NCBI GenBank assembly: GCA_003194445.1
Contig: PQXF01000001.1
Location: forward strand, 140,014 to 204,013
Origin: Candidatus Methanogaster sp.
Lineage (GTDB): Archaea > Halobacteriota > Methanosarcinia > Methanosarcinales > Methanogasteraceae
Reading direction: 5' to 3'
Length of the DNA: 64,000 bases
The translations under genes and the position numbers were made by a program. The notes under the pieces were generated by a model. It had not been told where the DNA came from and did no database searches. It saw only the letters and a program-made list of their open reading frames with translations. Below are positions 1-8,907 of this stretch, one piece after another (positions within the stretch are counted from its first letter, which is position 1; every line of letters starts with the position of its first letter).

Positions 1-1101
1 AACGCAAGCGAGGACGTCACAGTCGAACTGCCTGAGGGAACTGATAGTGTGAATCTTACAGTAGAGAACTACAACTACAAGTTCATCGAGAAATCGACAG
101 GCGATGTGGTTGTGGTCAGCGTGAATGAGGAGCTTTTCCAGGACGGCTTCTTTGAGATGAGAAAGAGGTGCAAGACAGGAGTTGCAACGCCTGATGAGAA
201 GTCGGCATTCAAACTTGCGAAGAAGGAGCTTAAGGAGAAGATTCTCTATCTGCCGGCAGAGGAGGTATTTAAGGTAAGCGGCGGGGGAGGAGCACTGTCC
301 CCTGAAGAACTCTTCAAATCGCTTGCCGGTGAATGGGCATTTGAGGGATCGATGATACTTGGCAACGATATCATACCAATCAACGGTACAAGGACGTTTA
401 CCTCGACCGGCCCTGTAAGCGCGGACTTTATTGTCGCCTACAAGATGGGCGAGACAGAGACTGCCGAGACAGGCTCTGCATGGTGGGATGGCGAGAGAGA
501 ACAACTCGCAATCAAGGAAGGCGATGAGATCGAATACTCCAATCTGACTTCAAATGGCTATGAAAGCAGAGCGGTTCTAAAAGACGGTATTCCGGAACTT
601 AACATATCTGTTGCGGTTGTATCTGAGGAGAGTCTGACCATTCTCGATGATATGACGCAGGTCATGAAATGGTCCGCGGTTAACATGAATGGTGAAACAC
701 TGTGCAGTGGAAAGTTGACATTCAAACCAGTAGCTCATAAGACCGCAACAACGCTCACTGCTGATATCATCCCCGCGATCTCGATGACCGTTCCGACGAC
801 GACTGTTGACTTCGGGAAGGTCGGAGCAGGGATGACTTCTGCAAATCAGGTCATAACAGTCGTGAACACCGGAGCAAGTTCTGCAAAGGTCTCTGCAATG
901 ATGCTTGATGACGCTGGATGCTTCTACAACGAGTCACTCCGGTTAAACGGCGGGACTATCGGAGGTTTCTCAAGCGTGTTGCCGTCGGACACGTCAGACT
1001 TCATATATGAGTATGATATTCTCACAAACCTTGTGGTGCCTGACTGGGCAGGAGGAAAGTACGATGGAACGATTCTTTTCGTTGCAGAGAGCGAGTCGTA
1101 A
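1..1101 (+). CDS. Cell-surface-type protein, N-terminus cut off by the window edge
   Basis: Reading frame is open from base 1 into track ORF 49..1101. The C-terminal part (TTVDFGKVGAGMTSANQVITVVNTGASSAKV) looks like a beta-sandwich surface domain. No family recognised. Confidence 0.45.
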   Translation, partial: NASEDVTVELPEGTDSVNLTVENYNYKFIEKSTGDVVVVSVNEELFQDGFFEMRKRCKTGVATPDEKSAFKLAKKELKEKILYLPAEEVFKVSGGGGALSPEELFKSLAGEWAFEGSMILGNDIIPINGTRTFTSTGPVSADFIVAYKMGETETAETGSAWWDGEREQLAIKEGDEIEYSNLTSNGYESRAVLKDGIPELNISVAVVSEESLTILDDMTQVMKWSAVNMNGETLCSGKLTFKPVAHKTATTLTADIIPAISMTVPTTTVDFGKVGAGMTSANQVITVVNTGASSAKVSAMMLDDAGCFYNESLRLNGGTIGGFSSVLPSDTSDFIYEYDILTNLVVPDWAGGKYDGTILFVAESES

Positions 1102-1573
1102 AGGGGTAATCCCCTTTCTCCTTCTTTTCCTGTTAATCCCGCAAGCATCCGGGATCGGTGTTGGCGCATCACCTGACAGAATCGATTTTGACGTGGTGCG
1201 CCCGGAAGAGGTAGCGGTACGAGAGATGTACGTGATCAACACCGGTGACGCGGCAGAGCATGTTATGCTCACGGTGGATGGAATCGGAATTACCGCGGAT
1301 CCTCTGGAGTTCGATCTTGCTGCAAAGGAGAACAGGGTTGTTGTGGTATCGGTAGATCATGCAGAAGCTGGTGAACATGAAGGAAGCATCCTGATCACGG
1401 CTCGCCCATCCGGAGACGGTGCAGGTGGGCTTGGTCTTGGCGCAGGCGTCAGGGTGCCGATCTCGTTTGTTGTAGAGGATAGTATCTCATGGAAGGTCGT
1501 TATCGTCGCAGGGCTTCTTCTTCTTCTTGTTACGGCTGCCGCGGTGATCCGGAGGCGGCGGACGAAGGTGTGA
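1064..1573 (+). CDS. Secreted, membrane-anchored protein of unknown function
   Basis: Internal ATG at 1064 gives a signal-like N-terminus (MERFFSLQRASRKGVIPFLLLFLLIPQASG). The C-terminus is a hydrophobic helix followed by RRRRTKV. Overlaps the stop of the upstream gene, so probably an operon. Confidence 0.5.
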   Translation: MERFFSLQRASRKGVIPFLLLFLLIPQASGIGVGASPDRIDFDVVRPEEVAVREMYVINTGDAAEHVMLTVDGIGITADPLEFDLAAKENRVVVVSVDHAEAGEHEGSILITARPSGDGAGGLGLGAGVRVPISFVVEDSISWKVVIVAGLLLLLVTAAAVIRRRRTKV

Positions 1574-1673
1574 ATGATGTTTAGGATTTTTACGCTAAAC
1601 CTAACTTTTTTAGGGCAACTTATTTCCATACCTAACATCATAATCTTCTAAAACGCAAAAGGAGGTAGAGTAC

Positions 1674-1760
1674 ATGGGTTGTGAATGCGACGGAAACTGC
1701 GCACATTGCAGATGCGAGAAAGCCAAAGCGGTAAACGAAGAAGTTGAAGACGAAGAGTGA
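1674..1760 (+). CDS. Small cysteine-rich peptide (28 aa), not in the ORF track
   Basis: ORF MGCECDGNCAHCRCEKAKAVNEEVEDEE. GGAGGT Shine-Dalgarno at 1661-1666, 7 nt before the ATG. Five Cys in 12 residues followed by an acidic tail. Confidence 0.4.
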   Translation: MGCECDGNCAHCRCEKAKAVNEEVEDEE

Positions 1761-1842
1761 AGACGCGCGAATCATCGGCAGATACGTTTTCACGAGCCGG
1801 ACCTGGACATACGCAAATTAAAAAAACGGCGCAGGTGACATG

Positions 1843-1925
1843 TAATCTGTGTCCACTTGCGTAATCTGTGACAGAGGTTTTTAGCCACTGACTGCGACAG
1901 CAGCGGCGAAGCCATTAACACGGAT
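1843..1925 (-). repeat. Hairpin repeat family 2 copy (GTGGCT..AGCCAC core)
   Basis: The reverse complement matches 15721-15812 (GTTAATGGCTTCGCCGC.GCTGTCGC.GTCAGTGGCT..) and shares the ..TTAGCCAC.GA.. hairpin core with 40383, 42523 and 57238. Confidence 0.6.
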
Positions 1926-2127
1926 TCTACTGGTTTTGTCAATCGTCATATCCATGTCCCGTGTTGATTTACCACAACTTACTCGATCACGTCCTCATTT
2001 CTGACGATTGAGCAAAAAGGAAGGTAACTTCGCCTATAAATACACTTACCAGTACCGTTTCTCCTTTGGTATCCAAAACCAAAAGGTTTTTGTACGATGT
2101 AGGCTACCAATATCGTCAGACAATACT

Positions 2128-2421
2128 ATGATGAGAAACATTTTTCTGGGGTTTATCAGAATACACATCCTGCATCATGCATCCGAGGAGGAGATATTTG
2201 GAGTAGCGATGATGGAGGAACTAAGAAGGCACGGTTACTTAATAAGTTCCGGAACTCTCTACCCCATACTTCATTCGTTAGAGGAAGACGGCTACCTTAC
2301 AAGAAGAGACGAAGTCGTCAACGGAAAGGTAAGGAAATACTATAGAATAACTGAAAAGGGTATTAGCGCTCTTGAGGACGCGAAAAAGAAGATTCAAGAA
2401 CTCACAGAGGAGGTAATGTGA
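2128..2421 (+). CDS. PadR-family transcriptional regulator
   Basis: Winged-helix PadR signature: GYLISSGTLYPILHSLEEDGYLTRRDEVVNGKVRKYYRITEKG. Start moved to the ATG-ATG at 2128. Overlaps the downstream MFS gene by 4 nt. Confidence 0.8.
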   Translation: MMRNIFLGFIRIHILHHASEEEIFGVAMMEELRRHGYLISSGTLYPILHSLEEDGYLTRRDEVVNGKVRKYYRITEKGISALEDAKKKIQELTEEVM

Positions 2422-3605
2422 AGGTAGCTAAACATTTCAGAACCAATCTGATGAAGGGCGTTGGTGCTAATGTCGCAATCCTTGGTCTGGTCAGTTTGTT
2501 TACTGATCTGGGAAGTCAGATGGTCTTTCCCTTAATTCCGCTATTTTTGGACGGAGTACTTGGCGCCAGTAAAACAGTCATTGGTCTGATCGAAGGTTCT
2601 GCTGAAACTACTGCCAGCCTGTTAAAAGTATTCTCTGGTTACTGGTCCGATAAGATTAAACGAAGAAAACCATTCGTCCTCGCCGGTTACGGACTTTCTG
2701 CGCTCTCAAAACCTCTCTTCGCCTTCGCTTATACATGGCCGGTGGTCTTTGGGATCAGGATTGTTGAGAGGGTGGGGAAAGGTATCAGGAGCGCGCCCAG
2801 GGACGCGATTATAGCCGAGTCCTGTGCCGACGATGTCAGAGGGAAGGCGTATGGCATTCACAGAGCTATGGATGGGGTGGGTTCGATTTTCGGAGCTGTT
2901 CTGGCTCTTATCATACTTATTTCGCTCGGTTTCAGAAATGTTTTCTTGCTGGCCGGCATCCCATCGTTGATCGCAGTTCTGCTGATAATATTTGTGAAGG
3001 AAGAGAAGAAGAAAACCCTTCAGCCCCTCCCGGACACTACAAGATCTATACGGATCAGTTTCAAAGCTCTCACCCCACAGCTTAAGTATTTCACCATCGT
3101 CGCAACGGTATTTGCACTTGGGAACTTTGGCTATGCTTTCCTGATGCTACGTGCGGTCGATATTGGTCTAAGCTACCCCGTAGTGATCTTGTTGTACATA
3201 ACTTTCTATATAATTTATACCATTTTCACAATTCCCGCAGGCATGATCTCGGATAAGATTGGCAGAAAACCGGTTATCGGAATCGGTTATGTGCTATTCG
3301 GGCTAACCTCACTCGGTCTCGTTTTTGTCTCAAGCCTATTTCAGATCGTCTGGCTATTCGTATTATACGGCATCTTCTATGCTATGATCGATGGCGTCCA
3401 GAGGGCGTTTGTCGTCGATTTATCGCCACCGGATCTGAAAGCTACGGCGCTCGGGACATTTCACACGGCAACAGGTTTGGCTGCTACGCCTGCTTGCGTA
3501 ATCGCAGGTTTGCTATGGGATACGATCGGTCTGGAAACGGCATTCGCCTACGGCTTCGTTTTATCTATCGTTGCAGCAGCGTCGTTATTTAAACTTAAAA
3601 TTTAG
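2418..3605 (+). CDS. MFS transporter
   Basis: 395 aa with about 12 predicted hydrophobic helices and an MFS-like loop motif (GYWSDKIKRRKP; second half ISDKIGRKP). Translationally coupled to PadR. Confidence 0.8.
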   Translation: MKVAKHFRTNLMKGVGANVAILGLVSLFTDLGSQMVFPLIPLFLDGVLGASKTVIGLIEGSAETTASLLKVFSGYWSDKIKRRKPFVLAGYGLSALSKPLFAFAYTWPVVFGIRIVERVGKGIRSAPRDAIIAESCADDVRGKAYGIHRAMDGVGSIFGAVLALIILISLGFRNVFLLAGIPSLIAVLLIIFVKEEKKKTLQPLPDTTRSIRISFKALTPQLKYFTIVATVFALGNFGYAFLMLRAVDIGLSYPVVILLYITFYIIYTIFTIPAGMISDKIGRKPVIGIGYVLFGLTSLGLVFVSSLFQIVWLFVLYGIFYAMIDGVQRAFVVDLSPPDLKATALGTFHTATGLAATPACVIAGLLWDTIGLETAFAYGFVLSIVAAASLFKLKI

Positions 3606-3683
3606 GGCAAGGTAGACATATGACAGCTAAAACAAACGGACGGGACTTAAAGACGCGCATGGGAGGAGATGCGGAACCGGAGA

Positions 3684-4275
3684 ATGAGACCGATGATGAT
3701 CGGATACGACCCCGAATTCCGGGCTAAACTTGCAGAAGACCACAGTGCGATCGCCAGATACAACGATTGCGAATACGAAAAGGAAAGCGATAGACGCGCT
3801 TGGTGGGATACCGGATGAGAACTCCCGGGTTTTGGAGATCGGCGCGGGACCCGAGAACACCGACGATATCTGCTCTTATTTCCTGTGGCAGATGAAAGAC
3901 CTCGAAAAACACCTGGAGAAGATGGAAGCAGCGTCAATGCGGTACTGTGCGGTGATACAACCGGCAGGAAGGGACGATATGGTAGAGGAGATGTGGAGGA
4001 TAACCGGGGAGCGCTATGGGGGCGAGTTCGATCCTGACGCGAATTACTTCGCTTACCTGCTACTCAGGCAGTTAGGGCGGCTTGTGGATGTGCGGATCAT
4101 GAAGTACGGCGCTGAACTTGACTTCTAGCCGGAAGTGCGGTACATAGCGAGATTTATTGGCAAATACGTGGAGGTTGATCATCACACGAAAGATGTGATT
4201 GAACAATACGTCTCTTCGAAAAGTCTCTCTGTGGAGCTGCAATCGGCAGTGGTGATGTGGTGGAAGATTCTTTGA
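3684..4275 (+). pseudogene. Decayed SAM-dependent methyltransferase-like gene (frameshift plus in-frame TAG)
   Basis: Three collinear pieces. Frame a is 3684-3818 (MRPMMIGYDPEFRAKLAEDH..). Frame b is 3730-4128 and carries motif I (VLEIGAGP). After the TAG at 4126-4128 the same frame continues for 48 sensible codons (PEVRYIARFIGKYVEVDHH..VVMWWKIL) to 4275. Confidence 0.5.
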
Positions 4276-5134
4276 GCGACGAATCTCGATAAGTTTGGAT
4301 TTTCATTCAAAACCTAATATTTGTAGGGATAACTATATACACACCTAACATCTAACTTAGTGGGTGCAGGCATACGCTTGCGGTAGACTCAAAGAACCCG
4401 CATCGATGTAGCGACATATACCGCCTCCTAAATGGTTTTGATGCGGGAGTGTGGTAGGGGATGGGGCGGGAGTGGGGCAATCTCTCATGCACATCCCCGG
4501 GCGATATGCTGCAAATCGGGACAAACAACATCAGCATCTCAAACGATGCAAAGATCGAATCGGTGAATATCATGGAAAACGTACAACAATTGACCAGATG
4601 CCCGAAGTGTGGGAAACGTCTGCACGTATGCGGACATATACAGATTTGCAGCATATGCGGCATCCTAATAACCTTGATTTGTTTGGGTTTTTGAATTTAG
4701 CCGAGTTTTTATAGGGCAGGATATTTGCATACCTAATTTCCTATTTATAGAGTGTAGGCAAACCCGGTAGACTCAAAAAAATCATAACATATCCGCAGAA
4801 TGGCATCGGATACGGCAGGGCTAAAAGCGTGGCAGGTCTCAATAGAACGCCCACAAACTTGCGCCTGCACGGTCCGATGGATATGTTATGGGCGGGGTTG
4901 TAGGGTGAGATACTGATCGTTGTGATGATACTTGCAGTGCTCACCTGCTTACAGTAGATATGCATACGTGACCTATGATACATCACCGATGTCGCATATA
5001 TAACGCAGTGGCTATATCCTGATCTCTTCGCAGACCTCAATCCTTCCAGTATACCTTATGAGTATCTTGAGCGGTTCCATGGCATGGGTATGCCGGATAG
5101 GCTCTCTGTGTACCTGGCAAGTAAGCCACAAAGC

Positions 5135-5494
5135 TCAGTGCCGGTGCTCCCTGCAAGCGTTCTCGTCGGTCGCTTCCATAAGCCGTCCCTGCTGCCATGC
5201 CTCGATTGCATCGCGCACCGTACCCGCTGCACCCACAAAGACATCGATTCCGAACTGTTCAAACATCATAACAGCCTTCGGTCCAAGCCCCCCACAGAGC
5301 ATGACATGAGTACCGGTCTTTGATATGAACTCCGGGGGCAGCCCGACGCCGCCCATATGCTCGCTGGTATTCTGAGCTACCTCAACCTCGTTCGTGTCGA
5401 GATCGACAATCGTGTAAGTGGGAACCCTGCCAAAGTGCTGACCGACAGGAGCGTCGATTCCGCCTTCTCCTTCTGTTGGAATACATACTTTCAT
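5135..5494 (-). CDS. NifX/NifB-C-terminal-like (dinitrogenase FeMo-cofactor biosynthesis domain) protein
   Basis: MKVCIPTEGEGGIDAPVGQHFGRVPTYTIVD..VMLCGGLGPKAVMMFEQFGIDVF is the typical pattern of this small domain family. Start set at the ATG at 5494. Confidence 0.7.
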   Translation of the reverse strand: MKVCIPTEGEGGIDAPVGQHFGRVPTYTIVDLDTNEVEVAQNTSEHMGGVGLPPEFISKTGTHVMLCGGLGPKAVMMFEQFGIDVFVGAAGTVRDAIEAWQQGRLMEATDENACREHRH

Positions 5495-5610
5495 CTCTTC
5501 TTCGCCTCTTGTTATTTCACGTTGTTTTTGTCTTGCGATCAACTCTATTAATACTGTGTACGGATAGGGCTGCCAACCTGGCTCTTCTCGCTTGTGTCAA
5601 ACAGACACTC

Positions 5611-5770
5611 TCTAAAAATCCGAGTGTTTTCCACCGATTCACTCGATTCGTGCCATCCGTGACTGCAAGCATAGCGAGCAAGCGCCGAAGGCATAAGATC
5701 AGCACCAATAGATCACGAATGACAGCGAATGACGCGAATTACATGAATTTGGTTACCACATATCATTCTA
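5611..5770 (+). repeat. Dispersed repeat family 1 (CGAAT-rich element), copy a
   Basis: TCTAAAAATCCGAGTGTTTTCCACCGATTCACTCGATTCG...AGCACCAATAGATCACGAATGACAGCGAATGACGCGAATT aligns with 12316-12494 and with the reverse complement of 33258-33477. Confidence 0.8.
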
Positions 5771-5831
5771 ATGTCTGAAAATACCGTATCGACCAATGTC
5801 TGCTACTTTCGAATCCTTGCATCTACCGATA

Positions 5832-6722
5832 CTACATCTCATGCGCGATCCCGCAGATATCCGGGACATCGTGTCCGTGCGCATGGCAGTAGTCCCTGAC
5901 TCCGTCTGCAATCTCCGTAAAGACCGAGATTCCTCCACATACCGCAGACCCGACCTGCACAGCACTTGCCCCAGCCATCATCATCTCGACTGCGTCCTGC
6001 CATGTAGAGATCCCGCCGACCCCGATTATTGGTATGTCGAGCGCAGCATACAGATCGTAGACACATTTCACGGCAATCGGCTTGATCGCAGTCCCTGAAA
6101 GCCCACCGAACCGGTTGCCAAGGATCGGAAATCCAGATTCGATGTCGATAGCCATTGCACGCACGGTATTGATTGCAACAACGGCATCTGCACCCCCTTC
6201 CTGTGCGGCAAGCCCGATCTCCGCAATATCAGTGACATTCGGCGTCAGTTTCGCCCAGACCGGGATGTCAACTGCGTCTTTGACCGCGGATGTGATCTCC
6301 CGGACAAGGGACGGGTCGATGCCGATGGACGCGCCATATCTGCCTGCGTGCGGGCAGCTGAGGTTCAGTTCGACCCCGTCCGCAAGATCGCAGAGTCCGA
6401 GCGCAACCTCAACAAATTCGGATGCATCTTCGCCAAAGATGCTTGCAATTACAGGAACTCTGCCTTTCTTTGCCGTCACCACCTCTTCGTGATATCGTTG
6501 GTACCCTGGATTCGGCAGACCAAGTGCGTTAAGGAAACCACATTCGATTTTTACCATGCTCGGGTTCGGATGCCCGGAATTGGGCGCGCATCCGATCGAT
6601 TTTGTGACGACTGCTCCTGCGCCGCTGCCTGCAACTCGCAGGAGCGATGCGCCGGTACTACCAAGGATTCCCGCGGCGAGGATTGTTGGGTTACTCAGTT
6701 TCAGCCCTGTTATGGTTATCAT
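5832..6722 (-). CDS. pyrD: Dihydroorotate dehydrogenase, class 1 catalytic subunit
   Basis: MITITGLKLSNPTILAAGILG...VTKSIG...NLSCPH...GGISTWQDAVEMMMAGASAVQVGSA matches the PyrD TIM-barrel pattern. Start set at the ATG at 6722. The longer track ORF runs into a repeat. Confidence 0.9.
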   Translation of the reverse strand: MITITGLKLSNPTILAAGILGSTGASLLRVAGSGAGAVVTKSIGCAPNSGHPNPSMVKIECGFLNALGLPNPGYQRYHEEVVTAKKGRVPVIASIFGEDASEFVEVALGLCDLADGVELNLSCPHAGRYGASIGIDPSLVREITSAVKDAVDIPVWAKLTPNVTDIAEIGLAAQEGGADAVVAINTVRAMAIDIESGFPILGNRFGGLSGTAIKPIAVKCVYDLYAALDIPIIGVGGISTWQDAVEMMMAGASAVQVGSAVCGGISVFTEIADGVRDYCHAHGHDVPDICGIAHEM

Positions 6723-6750
6723 GATTGTTGTGTCACACGCATTTATGGTA

Positions 6751-7098
6751 TCAAGATATGGGTCTCTGGCATCTCGCGTTACGGTGACCAACACCCCTGG
6801 GACTTTTTGATATTTTCGAAATAAAGTTTCGGAAGACCACAGAGGATACAGAGTGACACAGAGGGGGCGAAGGATAAGAATAACATCTCTCTGTGATCCT
6901 CTGTGCTCTCTGTGCTCTCTGTGGTTTAATCTTCCTTATCATAACGATCTCCGGAAGAGTGAAAAAGTGCATACGCCCGCGAATTACATAAGAACCGAGA
7001 TTGGCTTCAATCGCTTTCTTCATCACACAGCGGGAATTGGTATTCGGATTAGGGTGGGAGCTATAATACACATTCGTATCAAGATATATCCTCAGCAT
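6751..7098 (-). pseudogene. PIN-like (VapC-type) N-terminal remnant running into repeat family 3
   Basis: Begins MLRIYLDTNVYY, a DTN motif typical of PIN N-termini. From about 7005 downwards the reading frame is encoded by the repeat element, so only about 30 N-terminal codons (7005-7098) lie outside the repeat. Confidence 0.3.
6769..7005 (+). repeat. Dispersed repeat family 3 (CCACAGAG..CTCTGTGG element), copy a
   Basis: About 230 bp aligns with 36646-36875 (ATCTCGCGTTACGG.GACCAA...GACTTTTTGATATTTTCGAAAT...GTGGTTTAATCTTCC...TCCGGAAGAGTGAA.AAGTG.AT). The core recurs inverted at 48935-49010. Confidence 0.8.
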
Positions 7099-7177
7099 AT
7101 TTTTTCCTTCCGGATTTCTCTTCTGATATCTTTTATCCCCTTATGTATCTGATCTAATTCGTTTTCATCCATCCCCC

Positions 7178-7345
7178 TCACCGTACTAACATATCGAGTT
7201 TATTTTGAGTCAATTCAGCAACCATTCGCCTTGTGGCACACCTAAAAAAGTCTGACAGGTCCTCAAATTCGCTTTTTTTTATGAAGAACTCAATGAGTTT
7301 GAGATCTATCGAAGGGAGGCGCGTTGCTATCACATCTGTATGCAT
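7178..7345 (-). CDS. Ribbon-helix-helix (CopG-like) small protein, putative antitoxin, not in the ORF track
   Basis: 55-aa ORF MHTDVIATRLPSIDLKLIEFFIKKSEFEDLSDFFRCATRRMVAELTQNKLDMLVR. It has the beta-strand/helix/helix RHH pattern and lies upstream of the PIN-like remnant on the same strand. Confidence 0.4.
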   Translation of the reverse strand: MHTDVIATRLPSIDLKLIEFFIKKSEFEDLSDFFRCATRRMVAELTQNKLDMLVR

Positions 7346-7718
7346 ACTAACCATTGTTGATGTGTTGTCCTATATTAATTGTGTAGCAGACTATTATGAC
7401 CAATCACCATCCTTTCCAATATCTTATGATTGTTTCTATGAATCTTTTTAATGAATTTCTTTACGGCATGATTCATCATGTCAGGAGACTATAAATCAAA
7501 TTTCTCAAAGATATTTTTCGCTGCTGCGCAGATGTGGATCAAAAAGTATATATAGGACTTATTTCAAAAAGTAAGTTCATAGCAATACCATGCATGGATA
7601 TGGTCATGGAATAGGGTTCTATTCTGTGCATAATTCTATGCTTGGTGTCGGTGAATGAAACCGAACATACACCGTTCGATTGCGGACGGAACCGTACCAC
7701 AAAAAGAGGTAAGAACAA

Positions 7719-7946
7719 ATGGCAAAGAAAATACTACCACTGGCTCCAGTTGAGCGACTTATACGGGCTGCATCTGAAGGCGACATCAGGGTCAGCGAAT
7801 CAGCACGCAGTGCTCTGACCGACGAGCTCGAGAAGATTGGAATGAAGATCGCTAAGGAAGCGATCATCGAGACGAAACACGCAGGCAGAAAGACAGTTAA
7901 GGCAGAAGACATAAGCAGAGCACTTGATATACTCAAACTGGACTGA
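7719..7946 (+). CDS. Archaeal histone (HMf family)
   Basis: 75 aa. LPLAPVERLIRAA...VSESARSALTDELEKIGMKIAKEAIIETKHAGRKTVKAEDISRAL is a canonical histone fold. Confidence 0.9.
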   Translation: MAKKILPLAPVERLIRAASEGDIRVSESARSALTDELEKIGMKIAKEAIIETKHAGRKTVKAEDISRALDILKLD

Positions 7947-8016
7947 AATTCAGGTTTGAACGCTTGCCGTCCGGTGCATCAATCGTTGCGGGGCGGCCTT
8001 ATTTTTTAGGGGTACC

Positions 8017-8907
8017 ATGAACACATATTATACACCTGAAGAGCTCGGGAAGTATCGGCAGGCCGGAAAGATCCTTGCAGAGGTGCGGGGGCAGACCGCG
8101 AAGAGAATTGCGGTCGGAGTGAGCATCCTTGAGACCGCGGTCTTTGCCGAGAATCTAACACGTGATCTCGGCGGACAGCCTGCATTCCCGTGCAACCTTT
8201 CGCTAAACGAGGATGCTGCGCACTACACGCCCGGCACAGACGATACAGCAGTATTCGGTGAGGATATGGTAAAACTCGACATCGGGGTCCACGTTGATGG
8301 ATATATCGCGGACTCTGCCACGACCGTCGATCTTTCAGATCATCCCGAACTTGTGGACGCGTCAAGGGCAGCGCTTGAGAGCGCGATCGGTATGATCCAC
8401 GCCGGGATCGATACAAGGGAGATCGGGGTAGCAATCGAGGAGGCGATCGGTGAGTTTGGGTACAGGCCGATCTCGAACCTCACAGGACACGGACTTGCAC
8501 AGTATCAGGCACATACCCCACCAAGCATCCCGAACGTACGTACACGCACCGGAACCGTGCTTTACGATGGGCAGGTGATTGCAATCGAGCCGTTTGCGAC
8601 TGAGGGGGAAGGAAAAGTCAGAGATGCAACGAGATGGGAAATCTACCACGTGACAACAGAAAACCCCCAACTTCCGCGCATTCCAAGAGCAAGGACGCTG
8701 CTAAAGGAGATGATGGAGTATAAAAACCTACCGTTTGCGAGAAGATGGTTTTCCGGAGAGAAGATCGATCTCACATTCAGGCAACTGACGAAAGCAGGAC
8801 TCATCAAACCGTACCCCATCCTGCGGGAGGTCACCGATGCGCTCGTGTCTCAGGCAGAGCATACTGTGATCGTAACCGAGAACGGCTGCGAGGTCACAAC
8901 TGCATGA
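8017..8907 (+). CDS. map: Methionine aminopeptidase, type 2 (archaeal)
   Basis: 296 aa. AFPCNLSLNEDAAHYTP, DIGVHVDGYIADSATTV and the HG..QY..H / EHTV metal-ligand motifs are present. Confidence 0.9.
   Translation: MNTYYTPEELGKYRQAGKILAEVRGQTAKRIAVGVSILETAVFAENLTRDLGGQPAFPCNLSLNEDAAHYTPGTDDTAVFGEDMVKLDIGVHVDGYIADSATTVDLSDHPELVDASRAALESAIGMIHAGIDTREIGVAIEEAIGEFGYRPISNLTGHGLAQYQAHTPPSIPNVRTRTGTVLYDGQVIAIEPFATEGEGKVRDATRWEIYHVTTENPQLPRIPRARTLLKEMMEYKNLPFARRWFSGEKIDLTFRQLTKAGLIKPYPILREVTDALVSQAEHTVIVTENGCEVTTA

Noticed and set aside
1480-1573. C-terminal TM helix plus RRRRTKV of the 1064-1573 protein as another archaeosortase signal
   Set aside because: It lacks a PEF/PGF/VPXXXP-type motif immediately before the helix, so a plain membrane anchor is the simpler reading.
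4126-4128. TAG as a pyrrolysine codon in a functional gene
   Set aside because: The same gene also needs a frameshift and appears internally shortened. No pyl genes or methylamine methyltransferase genes are visible in the window. It is kept only as a low-priority check.
8745-8903. 53-codon N-terminal extension of the argF track ORF
   Set aside because: The extension lies entirely inside the map coding region in another frame. The ATG at 8904 gives the canonical OTCase N-terminus and overlaps the map stop.
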